A DNA stretch of 33,721 bases from Octopus sinensis (taxonomy: Eukaryota). The stretch covers positions 1 through 33,721 of the forward strand of contig NW_021831669.1 of the NCBI RefSeq assembly GCF_006345805.1, read 5' to 3'. Positions within the stretch are counted from its first letter, which is position 1. Each line of letters opens with the position of its first letter. The position numbers were made by a program, and so were the translations under genes. The notes under the pieces were generated by a model. The model was not told the origin of the DNA and did no database searches. It saw only the letters and a list, made by a program, of their open reading frames with translations. Of the stretch, positions 22,886 to 33,721 are shown piece by piece.

Positions 22886-22978
22886 AGTAGACAAGATTAT
22901 TTATGCAGTTATTCAACCAGCAAACTATCAAGACCATAACCACCACCACCACCATGACTGCGGAACCTACAGCCACCA

Positions 22979-23011
<33 letters not shown>

Positions 23012-23303
23012 CCATCGCCAAGGACAGAAAAATAAAAGAGCCAGTGGACAGGAAACAGTAAGAAGAGAAGGATGAAAGTAGTAAAAAAAAAAAATGAATG
23101 GAACTCCCTCCCCCTTTTCTTACGTAACACAGAGACACAGACACACACACAGTACACATTTAGCCCCATTTCACCCTCACATGAGGGCAATGACCACCAG
23201 CACCACCACCATCGCTGCCACCAGTCACCACCACCACCACCACCACCACCTCCAACCAGCCCAGTATGATGTGTTAAATCTATGTTTGATAGAGTAACTT
23301 CAT

Positions 23304-23483
23304 ATCTTCCTTATGCTTGTCAACTTCCCCTCCTCCTCATTCTCCCCCTCCTCCTCATTCTCCCCCTCCTCCTCATTCTCCCCCTCCTCCTCATTCTCCC
23401 CCCTCCTCATCATCTCCCCCTCCTCCTCATTCTCCCCCTCCTCCTCATTCTCCCCCTCCTCCTCATTCTCCCCCTCCTCTTCC
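23304..23483 (+). repeat. 18-bp pyrimidine minisatellite (TCTCCCCCTCCTCCTCAT)n, about 9-10 copies
   Basis: Direct inspection. Confidence 0.95.
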
Positions 23484-23755
23484 TACTACTGCTCATAGTT
23501 ATTCCTGCTGGTTGCCAATATTTAAGAGACCAATATCACACATTTCCTCCATGTTTATATTGTTTTTGGGTTTGTTTTTATTTCTAAAACTGGATTATAA
23601 ACCTCCTTGCTGTCATCATAACCATTCTACATCAGCACCTTATTTATGGGTAGACATATGTACATCCTTCATCACATACAAACACAAATACATACATACA
23701 TATCTATGTATATATATATATAATATATACACACACACACATATATATAAAACAC

Positions 23756-24422
23756 TTGTGTGTGTGTATTTGTGTGTGTGGTATGCTTGTGTGTGTATGT
23801 GCTTGTGTGTGTGTGTATGTGTGTTTGTGCGTGTTTGTGTGTGCGTGTTTATGTGTGTATGTGTGTGCGTTTGTGTGTGTGTATGTGTTTGTCTGTGTGC
23901 AACTGTGTGTGTTTGTGTGTGTGTGCGTGTTTGTGTGTGTGCATGTGTGTGTGTTTGTGTGTGTGCAACTGTGTGTGTTTGTGTGTTGTGCGTGTTTGTG
24001 TGTGTGCATGTGTGTGTGTTTGTGTGTGTGCAACTGTGTGTGTTTGTGTGTGTGTGCGTTTGTGTGTGTGCATGTGTTGGGGTTGTGTGTGTGCAACTGT
24101 GTGTGTTTGTGTGTGTGCGTTTGTGTGTGTGTATGTGTTTGTGTGTGTGTTTGTGTGTGCATGTGTGTGTGTTTGTGTGTGTGCACTGTGTGTGTTGTGT
24201 GTTGCGTGTTTATGTGTGTATGTGTATGCGTTTGTGTGTGTTTTGTGTGGTGTTGTGTGTGTGCATGTGTGTGTGTGTGTGTGCAACTGTGTGTGTTTGT
24301 GTGTGCGTGTTTATGTGTGTATGTGTATGCGTTTGTGTGTGTGTATGTGTTTGTGTGTGTGTTTGTGTGTGTGCATGTGTGTGTGTTTGTGTGTGTGCAA
24401 CTGTGTGTGTTTGTGTGTGTGT
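23756..24422 (+). repeat. Cryptic (TG)n-derived minisatellite with recurring gtgcaactgtgtgtgtttg units
   Basis: About 670 bp of TG backbone punctuated by caac, catg and cgtt. Confidence 0.9.
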
Positions 24423-25239
24423 ATCTGCTTGTCTGCATATATATCTATAAACACATTTACATAATATGCCGGAATGGAAAACAATAGTTGAATGATGATG
24501 ATAATACTGATACTGATGACATATATATATATATATATATACATGCATATGTATGTATATACATACATTATATGTATATATGAACATATATATGCATATA
24601 TGAATATATTTACATTTATATTATTATATACATGTATATATGATAATATGTAAATATATACCTACATACCCGCTGACACACACAACACAAAACAAATAGT
24701 AAATGATGATGATGATGATGATGATGATGACACACACACACACAAACATTTATTTGTATATGTATGTATATATACAGTTTTACAGACACCATTGAAGAGA
24801 CTACAGCGAAAAGGGGGATTTTCCTTATTATTTCATTGCTCTTATATTCTTAACTATTGGGTGAGTTACCATTTTGGCTGAAAACAAGGTATTCTTTGCC
24901 CAAAATATCAACACACACAACAGTACTGTATTTAACCATGTGACCATCCTTGACCAATCAGAACTGGCTTACCTATTGTGTTACAGAGGCAACTTAAAAA
25001 TGTAATATTATTTTACAGATAACATGTATTTAATATATATATGTTGGGTCCATAAATCTCAGAGCAATAATGTGGTGAATCACGAAGTAATCCCTATTAA
25101 ATATCATCTGCACATCAAATATTAAAAAGTGCTGTCTTTTATTGTTTAACAATCATATATGCTCACACAGACACAGACACAGACATACACTCATATAATG
25201 TATGTTTGCATCAATAAAAATATTTGCACACACATAAAA

Positions 25240-25642
25240 GCATGTATATATATATATATATATATATATAGATAGAGAGAGAGAGATAGGAAGCTAGACA
25301 GATATACATATACATGTATGTGTTTTATATATACATATATATAATATATGTATTATATATACATATCTATATATAATATATATGTATATATACATATCTA
25401 TATATATATGAAATACATATAATACATACATATATATATACATACATATATATTATATATGTATATATAATATATATATATATATAATATATATATATGC
25501 GTGTATGTAATATATATACATACATATATATATACACATCTATACATATACATTATTATATATATATATACTATATATATATATATAATAATATATACTA
25601 TATAATATATATTATATATATATATATATATATACATACTAC

Positions 25643-25673
<31 letters not shown>

Positions 25674-25710
25674 CACACACTTATATATTATATATGTATA
25701 TATTTGATTT
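25240..25710. repeat. Compound (TA)n tract
   Basis: Direct inspection. Confidence 0.9.
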
Positions 25711-26554
25711 ATGTATACACTTAGAAATAAAGGGGAAAAGAAAGAATGCTTTGCAAAGAAAAAGAAGGACAAGACAGAATTGGAGAAAAAGGAGTGAAAA
25801 AAAAAGAAGCAGCAAAAACCTACAAAAAGCATTTAAAAAATTACCTAAAAAAAAAAAAAACAAAGAAAATCGAAATCCTCATCTATCATCGTTTAAGATG
25901 ATGAGAGCTGACAAAACAGACTCCCAAAAGATGATAGCATTCGTGATACAGTGTTTGCAGGTTTCGCAACCATAAAACATAAGCATAATTATCAAATTTC
26001 CCAAGACTACCTGATAACTACAGCCTGCAATAGACTCGCTCAGTGCTGGCTGAGATTACAATAGGTTTTGGCCATAAAACAACCAGATGATAATTGATAT
26101 TCTCTTTATTGTTGATAAATAGAAAATAGTGTGAGATGTTTATGTCTTGTGTGAAAATGACAGTAGTTTTCAGTAGATAAATAAATATATTTTAAGTAAG
26201 CAAAGGGACTTGATGGAGGGAGTATTCGGGGTGGGGTGGGAAGAAGATTCTGGAATTGCAGAGAGAGAGAGAGTAAATGAGCTAATATGATGGTGAAGAG
26301 TATGGTTGTGTGGATGTGGTGTGTGTGTGTGTAATTGTATGTGAGTGTGTGTGTGTGTCCCACAACTAGATAAATACAGTGATCAGTAGATACAGAAGAG
26401 AAGAGACACCACACACACATATCATGACTACATACATACAATATACATACCAAACACACACACATATATATGTATATATATGGGTGTGTGGGATATATAT
26501 ATATATTGTATATATATATATATAATAATATATGTATATATATATATATACTAT

Positions 26555-26597
<43 letters not shown>

Positions 26598-26637
26598 CTA
26601 TATATATATATAATATATGTGATATATATATTGTTAT

Positions 26638-26836
26638 GTGCAGGTAGCACGTAAAAAACACCCACTACACTCGCGGAGTGGTTGGCGTAGGAAGGGCATC
26701 CAGCGTAGAAGAAACACTGCCAGATCTGACTGGGCCTGACGACAAGCCTTCAGCTTCACAGACCCCAGTTGACCGGTCCAACCCATGCTAGCATGGAAAG
26801 CGGACGCTAAAAACGATGATGATGATGATGATGATG
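26638..26836 (+). mobile_element. 5'-truncated (GAT)n-tailed retroposon
   Basis: gcacgtaaaaaacacccactacactcgcggagtgg...catggaaagcggacgctaaaaacgatgat. Confidence 0.82.
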
Positions 26837-27169
26837 CTGAATAATATATTATTATATATATATATATTATATATATAGATAGATAGATAGATAGATAGAT
26901 ATAGATGTTACATACATATATATAAATAATTACATACACAAAAAACATTATAACATATATAATACACACACAAACATATATACATATATACATACAATGG
27001 CACGTGTAATGTTATATATATATATATATAAATATACATGAGTTCAGCATATGCATGCAGAGTGTGTGTGACTGTGTGCCTATATCAGTGGTGTGTGTGT
27101 GTGTTGTATCTAAGCAAAATACAGTGTGATTTATAAGAGACCAGCCGAATCATACACTTTACTACATAC

Positions 27170-27209
<40 letters not shown>

Positions 27210-27222
<13 letters not shown>

Positions 27223-27450
27223 GTAAGGAGTGGTCGTATGTAAAAGGCTTCCTTCCCAACCACATGGTAGTGGGTTCAGTCCCACTGCAGCACCTTGGCC
27301 AGTGTCTTCTACTATAGCCTCATGCCACCCAAAGCCTTGAGAGTGAATTTGCTAGACAGAAACTGAAAAAAGCCCACATATATGTATGTGTGTATGTGTT
27401 TTTGTGTCTGTTTGTCCCCCACAACTGACGTTGGTGTGTTTATAAAATAC
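27210..27450 (+). mobile_element. Partial type A SINE
   Basis: Head ggagtggtcgtatgtaaaagg...gggttcagtcccactgcagcaccttggccagtgtc. Confidence 0.75.
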
Positions 27451-27547
27451 GTATTGAACGAGAAAAAATGGAAAACAGGCTAAGTTAACACAGTTGTTGG
27501 CTGTTCATCAGTTGTTGGCTGTCTATCTACTCCTTGTTTCAAACTAT

Positions 27548-27715
27548 ATGATGGGCTTCTTTCAGTTTCTGTCTACCAAATCCATTTACACAGGCTTCAG
27601 TTGGCCCAGGCTATCTAGTAGAAGATAATTGCCTAAGGTGTCATGCATTGGGACTGATGAACCCAGAAATATGTCAGTACTTCAAGCAGCCTACTTACCA
27701 CACAGAGCACTAGTG
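27548..27715 (-). mobile_element. 5' half of type A SINE, inverted relative to the 27210 copy
   Basis: gggcttctttcagtttctgtctaccaaatcc...ctacttaccacacag. Confidence 0.75.
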
Positions 27716-27744
27716 CACGTATATAATATATATATATATATAGA

Positions 27745-27826
<82 letters not shown>

Positions 27827-27920
27827 AATATACACATATATATATGTATGTATATATGCATGCATTGTGTCTGTGCTTACACCTGCCCTAAAAAAAACAT
27901 GCATATATAACTTTTAATAA

Positions 27921-27945
27921 AACTTGTTATTATCATTATTCTTAA

Positions 27946-27976
<31 letters not shown>

Positions 27977-28036
27977 GGTGGTGCTGGTGGTGATATCGTC
28001 AAGTATTATTTATTACAATAATTGTTATTATTATCA

Positions 28037-28075
<39 letters not shown>

Positions 28076-28293
28076 TATTATTGTTGTTGTTGTTGTCTCT
28101 TTGAGACAGTGAAGATTTCCATGAGGGAAATATGGTTGTAGAAATGATGAAGATGCTATGATGATGATGATGATGATGACAGCGACAATGATGGCAACAG
28201 CACTGGTGATAATTAACAGTTACCTTTATTTAAATTATCATTATTATTACTATGATTACTATTATTATTATTATTATTATTATTACTATTATT

Positions 28294-28373
<80 letters not shown>

Positions 28374-28374
28374 C

Positions 28375-28419
<45 letters not shown>

Positions 28420-28510
28420 ACTGTTATCTTCATAATCATCATCATCATTGTTACGGTTATCATTAAATGATGATGATGATGGTGGTGATGATGATGATGA
28501 TTGTCATAAC
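27921..28510 (+). repeat. Compound (TTA)n/(GAT)n/(GGT)n trinucleotide repeats
   Basis: Direct inspection; source of poly-Tyr/Ile ORFs. Confidence 0.92.
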
Positions 28511-29530
28511 TATTACTTAATCCAAATGAAATGGCAATTTATCAAACCTTATTTTCTTTCTCTCTCCCTCTCTTTCCCCCCGCACACACACACGCACACA
28601 CACACACACATACACACACATGCTAAAGCATATTTTCCTAGATTTCCAGAATTCTACACTGCGCACTTAAATCTACATTTACCTCCTCCAGCAACTCATC
28701 ACGTCGTAAATAACCAGCAATCCCCCTTCGCCACCTCCCCCAAGACTAACAACAACAACACCACCACCACCACCAACAACAACAGCAACAAAGCTGGTAT
28801 CCTTAACGATGGGAGGGGGGGAAATGGTGAAACTTAAAAGACAGGAGAATTGGCTAAAATTTATGGATTTAGCATAACCACACCATAGTAAATACTCTCT
28901 CTCTCTCTTTATCACCCTCTCTTTCTCTCTTTATCTGTTTCTCTCTGTCTCTCTGTCTTTCTCTCTCTCTGTCTCTGTCTTTGTCTCTCTCTCTCTCTCC
29001 TGCTATAACAAATAAAGATATGTCTACAAGAAAATAAGATTTTCAATAATAATAATTCAATTTGCAGGATGGATGGATGGATAGAAATATGGAGAGAGAG
29101 AGAAGGAGAGAGAGTGAGAGAGAGAAGGAGAGAGAGTGAGAGAGAGAGAGAGAAAGAGAGAGAGAGGGAGAGAAAGAAAGAAGCGAAGGCTGTAGAAGTG
29201 GTGGTCATGGCAAGAGGTGCTGTGGGGTGGGGTGAGGGAAGAGTACAGAAGGGAGCGGGGTCAAAAAGGAGTAAGCAAATGTGGGCAAGAGTTCAGTGGT
29301 ATGATGATAAGAGATGGAAAGGTGTGGGGGGACGATGTGCGATAATGGAGTGAATTATTTGGGAGATGTGAAAGATGGTGGGGGGGGGGATTAAACACAA
29401 CCATGTACAGATAGATGTGTATATGGAGATATACACAAAATTTATAGACATGCTTATACACAAAAATACATATTCACACAGACGGCTACACAAATCAAAT
29501 TTGGTGTATACTTATTAAGAGATATATTCT

Positions 29531-30207
29531 ATGAGTGGCTGTGTGGTAAGTAGCTTGCTTACCAACCTCATGGTTCCGGGTTCAGTCCCACTGTGTAGCA
29601 CCTTGGGAAAGTGTCTTCTACTACAGCCTCAGGCCGACCAATGCTTTGTGAGTGGATTTGGTAGAAGGAAACTGAAAGAAGCTTCAGGACCAATTACTGC
29701 AACAGCCTGGGTTTCAGGGACCCACAGCTTTTTGATATTCTCCCAAAGATCCTGAGGAACCTTCACAAAGTAGATGTAGGGGTTTTTAAATCAAGGCTGA
29801 ACCTCTTCCTATTGAGAGTCCCAGATGAACCTACCTCATTGCAAGAGGTGCAAATGAGGGTAGCTACATCAAACTCCATTCTTCACCAAGTACCACATAT
29901 TGGAGGAGGATCTCAGTAATAACAATGTAGCAAAATGGTGGTGCTTCAGCATGGCCACAGCTCTGAGCTAAAACTACTGTATAAAAGAAAATATGAATGT
30001 GTGTGTATGTGTTTTTGTATTTGTTCCCGCAACATCGTTTGATAATCGATGCTGGTGTATATAACTTAGCAGTTCGGCAGAAGAGACCAATAGTATAAGT
30101 ACTAGGTTTACAAAGAATAAATCCTTGGGTCGATTTGTTCGACTAAAGGTGGTGCTCCAGTATGGCCACAGTCAAATGGCTGAAACAAGGAAAAGAATGA
30201 AAAGAAT
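29531..30207 (+). mobile_element. Type A SINE split by a nested LINE 3' fragment
   Basis: SINE head 29531-29682 stops at gaaactgaaagaagc and resumes at about 29991 with the (TG)n-gtttgttccc body and tail. Confidence 0.85.
29683..29990 (+). mobile_element. 5'-truncated CR1/L2-group-like LINE 3' end
   Basis: Open frame NYCNSLGFRDPQLFDILPKILRNLHKVDVGVFKSRLNLFLLRVPDEPT...GGGSQ*, then a short 3' UTR ending ataaaagaaa; homologous to 14462-14761. Confidence 0.8.
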
Positions 30208-31094
30208 GGCAATCCGTTGGTTATGACAATGAGGGATCCGGTCGATCTGATCAATGGAACCACCGTCTTGTGAGATTAACTCGCAGGTGGCTGAGTACTC
30301 CACAGACATGAGTACATCTTAACATAGTTCTCGGGGAGATTCAGTGTGACACAGAGTGTGACAAGGCTGGCCCTTTAAATTAGAGAATTAGAGGCACAAC
30401 TCCTTTTTGCCTTTAATTCAACTAGGAAGCAGAACAGCACCAACATTATCATAAACATTGACCACTTCTTCTTCCGATTCCTTCTGCTTCTCTTACTTGC
30501 CATCATCATCATCAACCATCCTCATCAGCATCATCCTCTTCATCGTTGACATCATAATTTATGATACTCAGACACTGCCACCTCCCCACACACACATGCA
30601 CGCAATCCAGTATGGGTTGCCTATGTCTATAAATTGCCAAACTTACCCTGCGAAACATTATCTTGAAACAGATTGCCAAGAACAAGATTAGATATATTAA
30701 TAAAATAAAATAGAATATAAATAAAATATAAATAAAACGTAAATAAAAATGGAAAATAAAGAAAAATGTCTGAGAAAAAGCAAAAAAAAAACATGAATGG
30801 TTTGTTTAGAAGGGGTGTTGACTAATGTGATAGATAGGAGTTATCGCTGAGTGATGACTAATTGGCTGGAACTGAAGAGGGAGAAGAAATGTGGAGAAAC
30901 TATTTTCATAAAGAAATATATCTGGGTGTCTGTGTGTCTTGGCTACCATCAAAGTTTTACCTATTAAGGTATGGTGGTGGTGGTGGTGGTGGTACTGGCG
31001 GTGGTGGTGGTTATGTGGATGATGGGGGTAGGTTAGGTAAAGGCAATGTGAGGGTGATGTTGGGAGCAGGGGGGTTGCCAAGCGGGGTGCAGGG

Positions 31095-31314
31095 GTGTGA
31101 GGAGCTGTGTGGGGATAATGATGATGATGAGGATGATGATGATTACAGCAAATTTCAGTGGAGGGTGAGGAGCTGTGTGAGGATAACAGTGATGACGACG
31201 ATGATAAGGATGATGATGATGATAATGATGATGATGACAATGATGGTAATGAAGATGATGATGATGATATTCAGGTGGGTGAGGAGCTGTGCGAGGATAA
31301 GAACGATGATGATG

Positions 31315-31348
<34 letters not shown>

Positions 31349-31420
31349 GGAGGAGGAGGAGGAGGAGGAGGAGGAGGACGATGATGACAATGGCAGCAAA
31401 TTTCAGTGGAGGGTGACTAT
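31095..31420 (+). repeat. Compound tandem repeat: gtgaggagctgtg(t/c)g(a/g)ggataa + (GAT)n + cagcaaatttcagtggaggg, 3 units
   Basis: The unique 20-mer recurs at about 31097, 31166 and 31279, with variable GAT/GAG cores. Confidence 0.8.
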
Positions 31421-32484
31421 GACAATGATGATGATAGAAAACTTCAGAAAATAAAAAGTTCCGTAGAAGAACATCTATAAATTATTCCAATTTGAAAGTC
31501 AAGTCTCGGGCAAAATTCATAAAACAACAACAACAACAACAACAACAGCAGCAGCAATAGTAACAACAACAACAACAACACCACAACTACCACCAGAAAT
31601 GACCATAAATTGATTTGGACGCTCAAGAGGTCAAGGTTCTTCAGATGTTATCTTTGATTAATTCTCATTCTTTTGGAGTCAGCAGAGGTGATTAGCCAAA
31701 TTGTAACATCCTATATTGGTCACCAGAACGCAATTAACTTCAGAGTCGATTATAATAGCATTTATTCCCCTTTATGTAATCCTCTCCAATTCTTATTTCA
31801 ATAGAGTTAATATATATTTCTTTCTTCAATTGTAGCTCTAACATTACATGAAAAAGAAGTTTCTTTTTCTTCTGTGTAATAAAATAATAGAAGTGTAAAT
31901 CTCTTTGGCAGTTATTGTAATTGGCCATACCGGTCAGAGCAGCAGCAGCAGCAACAACAGAGAAGGTAGAAACCGGAGCGGCTCATTGTTGCTGATGCTG
32001 TTGTTGCTGTTATTATCGTCGTTGTAGTTCACTATTTGAGTAGTTTTAATAGCCATAGGTGATTACTAGTCTTTTAGTGGTTAATAGACTTAAGGGTAAT
32101 TATTATTCTATTAATTATTAATTGAATGAGAATGGGGCGGCATCTGAAAAGAACACCAGTACACATATCCACGTGAAAAGACACACACACACATATGCAC
32201 AGAGATTATAAGAATGAACACATGCTTATACATACACATAGAAACACAGAGAGATGCAGATATATATACACACACATATTCACACATAAACATAGACAAA
32301 CACATATACACACATGTAAATGAACCGCACACACACAGATACGAACAACACACACTCATACATATATATTTATATGTATATGTGTGTGTGTATATATATA
32401 TATATATAATTATTATATGATTGAATGCCACACATCCTCTTCCAAGTAAGTTTTATCTATATCTATCTATCTATCTATATATAT

Positions 32485-32524
<40 letters not shown>

Positions 32525-33721
32525 CACACACATATATATACACACACACACATATATACGTATATATATATATACAGAGATTCAGAGATGCACACGCATA
32601 TACGCTCGAATATACACAGAGACTTACACATTATCAACCAATTCTATAGAGGTATAATCTTAATAAAGGAAACATCTACATCAAACTCTCTAAGAAATAG
32701 CAGAACTGTCGCTCTCAAGCCACACATTAATACCCTTTCTTCACGTTCCATCCCCGTCACCACTGGAAAAAATAAAAGGATGGATGAACCTAGTGCAGCT
32801 TTAGTGACCATTTAGTAAAATCACAGGGCCTCGGAACATCCAGGCTGGTGTCCAGTGTGCTGGAAAACTACTGGGAGGGAGTGAGGTTCCATTTAGCTTT
32901 TGTTGAAGCATGTCTCAAGGACCTGCCTGAAACTCAGTCTGTGTATGTTCCAATAATCGGTGGAGATTTGGTTAAAGAATCTGCTGTGATGGTTGGCAAT
33001 TGATGACAAAATGAGCTGCTATGGGTCAGATTATCCCAAAGTATGTATGTGTGTGACTAGTGACCACGTGTGAACCTGTATACCTGTTGAAACTCCAAAC
33101 TGTCAGTTGAAACCGGTTCATCTTACCCCAGGGGAATGCTGCCACAAGTACAAGCAAATATTGACTCCTGGGGCACCATATCCTCTCACCTTTGTCACCT
33201 CCATGCATTTCTCACATTCCACCCCATGTCTAAGCCTGCTTTTCTTTCTCTCTTCCTCTTTGCTTCCACACGACTGTAAACCACCCAACTCCTGCTCCTC
33301 CTCCTCCTCCTCATCGTCATCATCGTCATCATCATATCATCTCTTTCCCTCATCCTTTCTCTCTCCATTGTATCATCATTTCTATTCTGCCACCCTTCAC
33401 TCCCATAGGTCGACCCTATAATAATGATGAAGATGACGGTGGTGATGGTCATGATGTAGGAGATGATGATAACGAGGAGGAAGATGATGATGATGATGAT
33501 GATGCTGATGGTGTAGCTTAAAGAAATGAAAAAAATGACAAGCTTGAATAATATAACACCAACCACACAAGAGGACACTGCTCCTCAAACGAAAGCCATG
33601 ATGGTCATGGCTGGAAAAAACCTTGATCATTCATCACACAATCAGAACCAACTTAATGATTTAATTCTAAACAACATACCAATTACAGACCATTGCAGAG
33701 CCCACCTAGCTACTAGGAGTC

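Noticed and set aside
27650-27680. CTGATGA...GAAA hammerhead-like motif
   Set aside because: It arises from a 3-nt insertion in the reverse-complement SINE head; there is no stem II.
394-33630. Most ORFs in the supplied track (poly-YI, HT, CV, I, Y, N; 23317-24450; 6450-6965)
   Set aside because: They are translations of micro- and minisatellites or SINEs, which stay open only because the repeat unit lacks stops.

Overview
AT-rich, microsatellite- and retroposon-dense eukaryotic DNA. The SINE types and simple-repeat load suggest a coleoid cephalopod, probably Octopus (inferred from recalled repeat sequences, not searched). Only one coding exon is supportable: 21452-22041 on the minus strand, with canonical splice sites. 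It encodes an acidic/Ser-rich region and the start of a PR/SET-like domain (PRDM or FOG/ZFPM-type transcription factor), so most of the window is probably intronic. The rest is tRNA-derived SINEs, a structured (GAT)n-tailed retroposon, LINE relics (CR1/L2-like and RLE-type), hAT and Helitron-like fragments, and simple repeats. Almost all ORFs in the supplied track are microsatellite or repeat artefacts. The most unusual object is a ~335 bp element at 19362-19696 that combines inverted repeats, a tRNA-like Pol III head and a decayed Penelope-type hammerhead ribozyme. All repeat boundaries were read by eye and are approximate.
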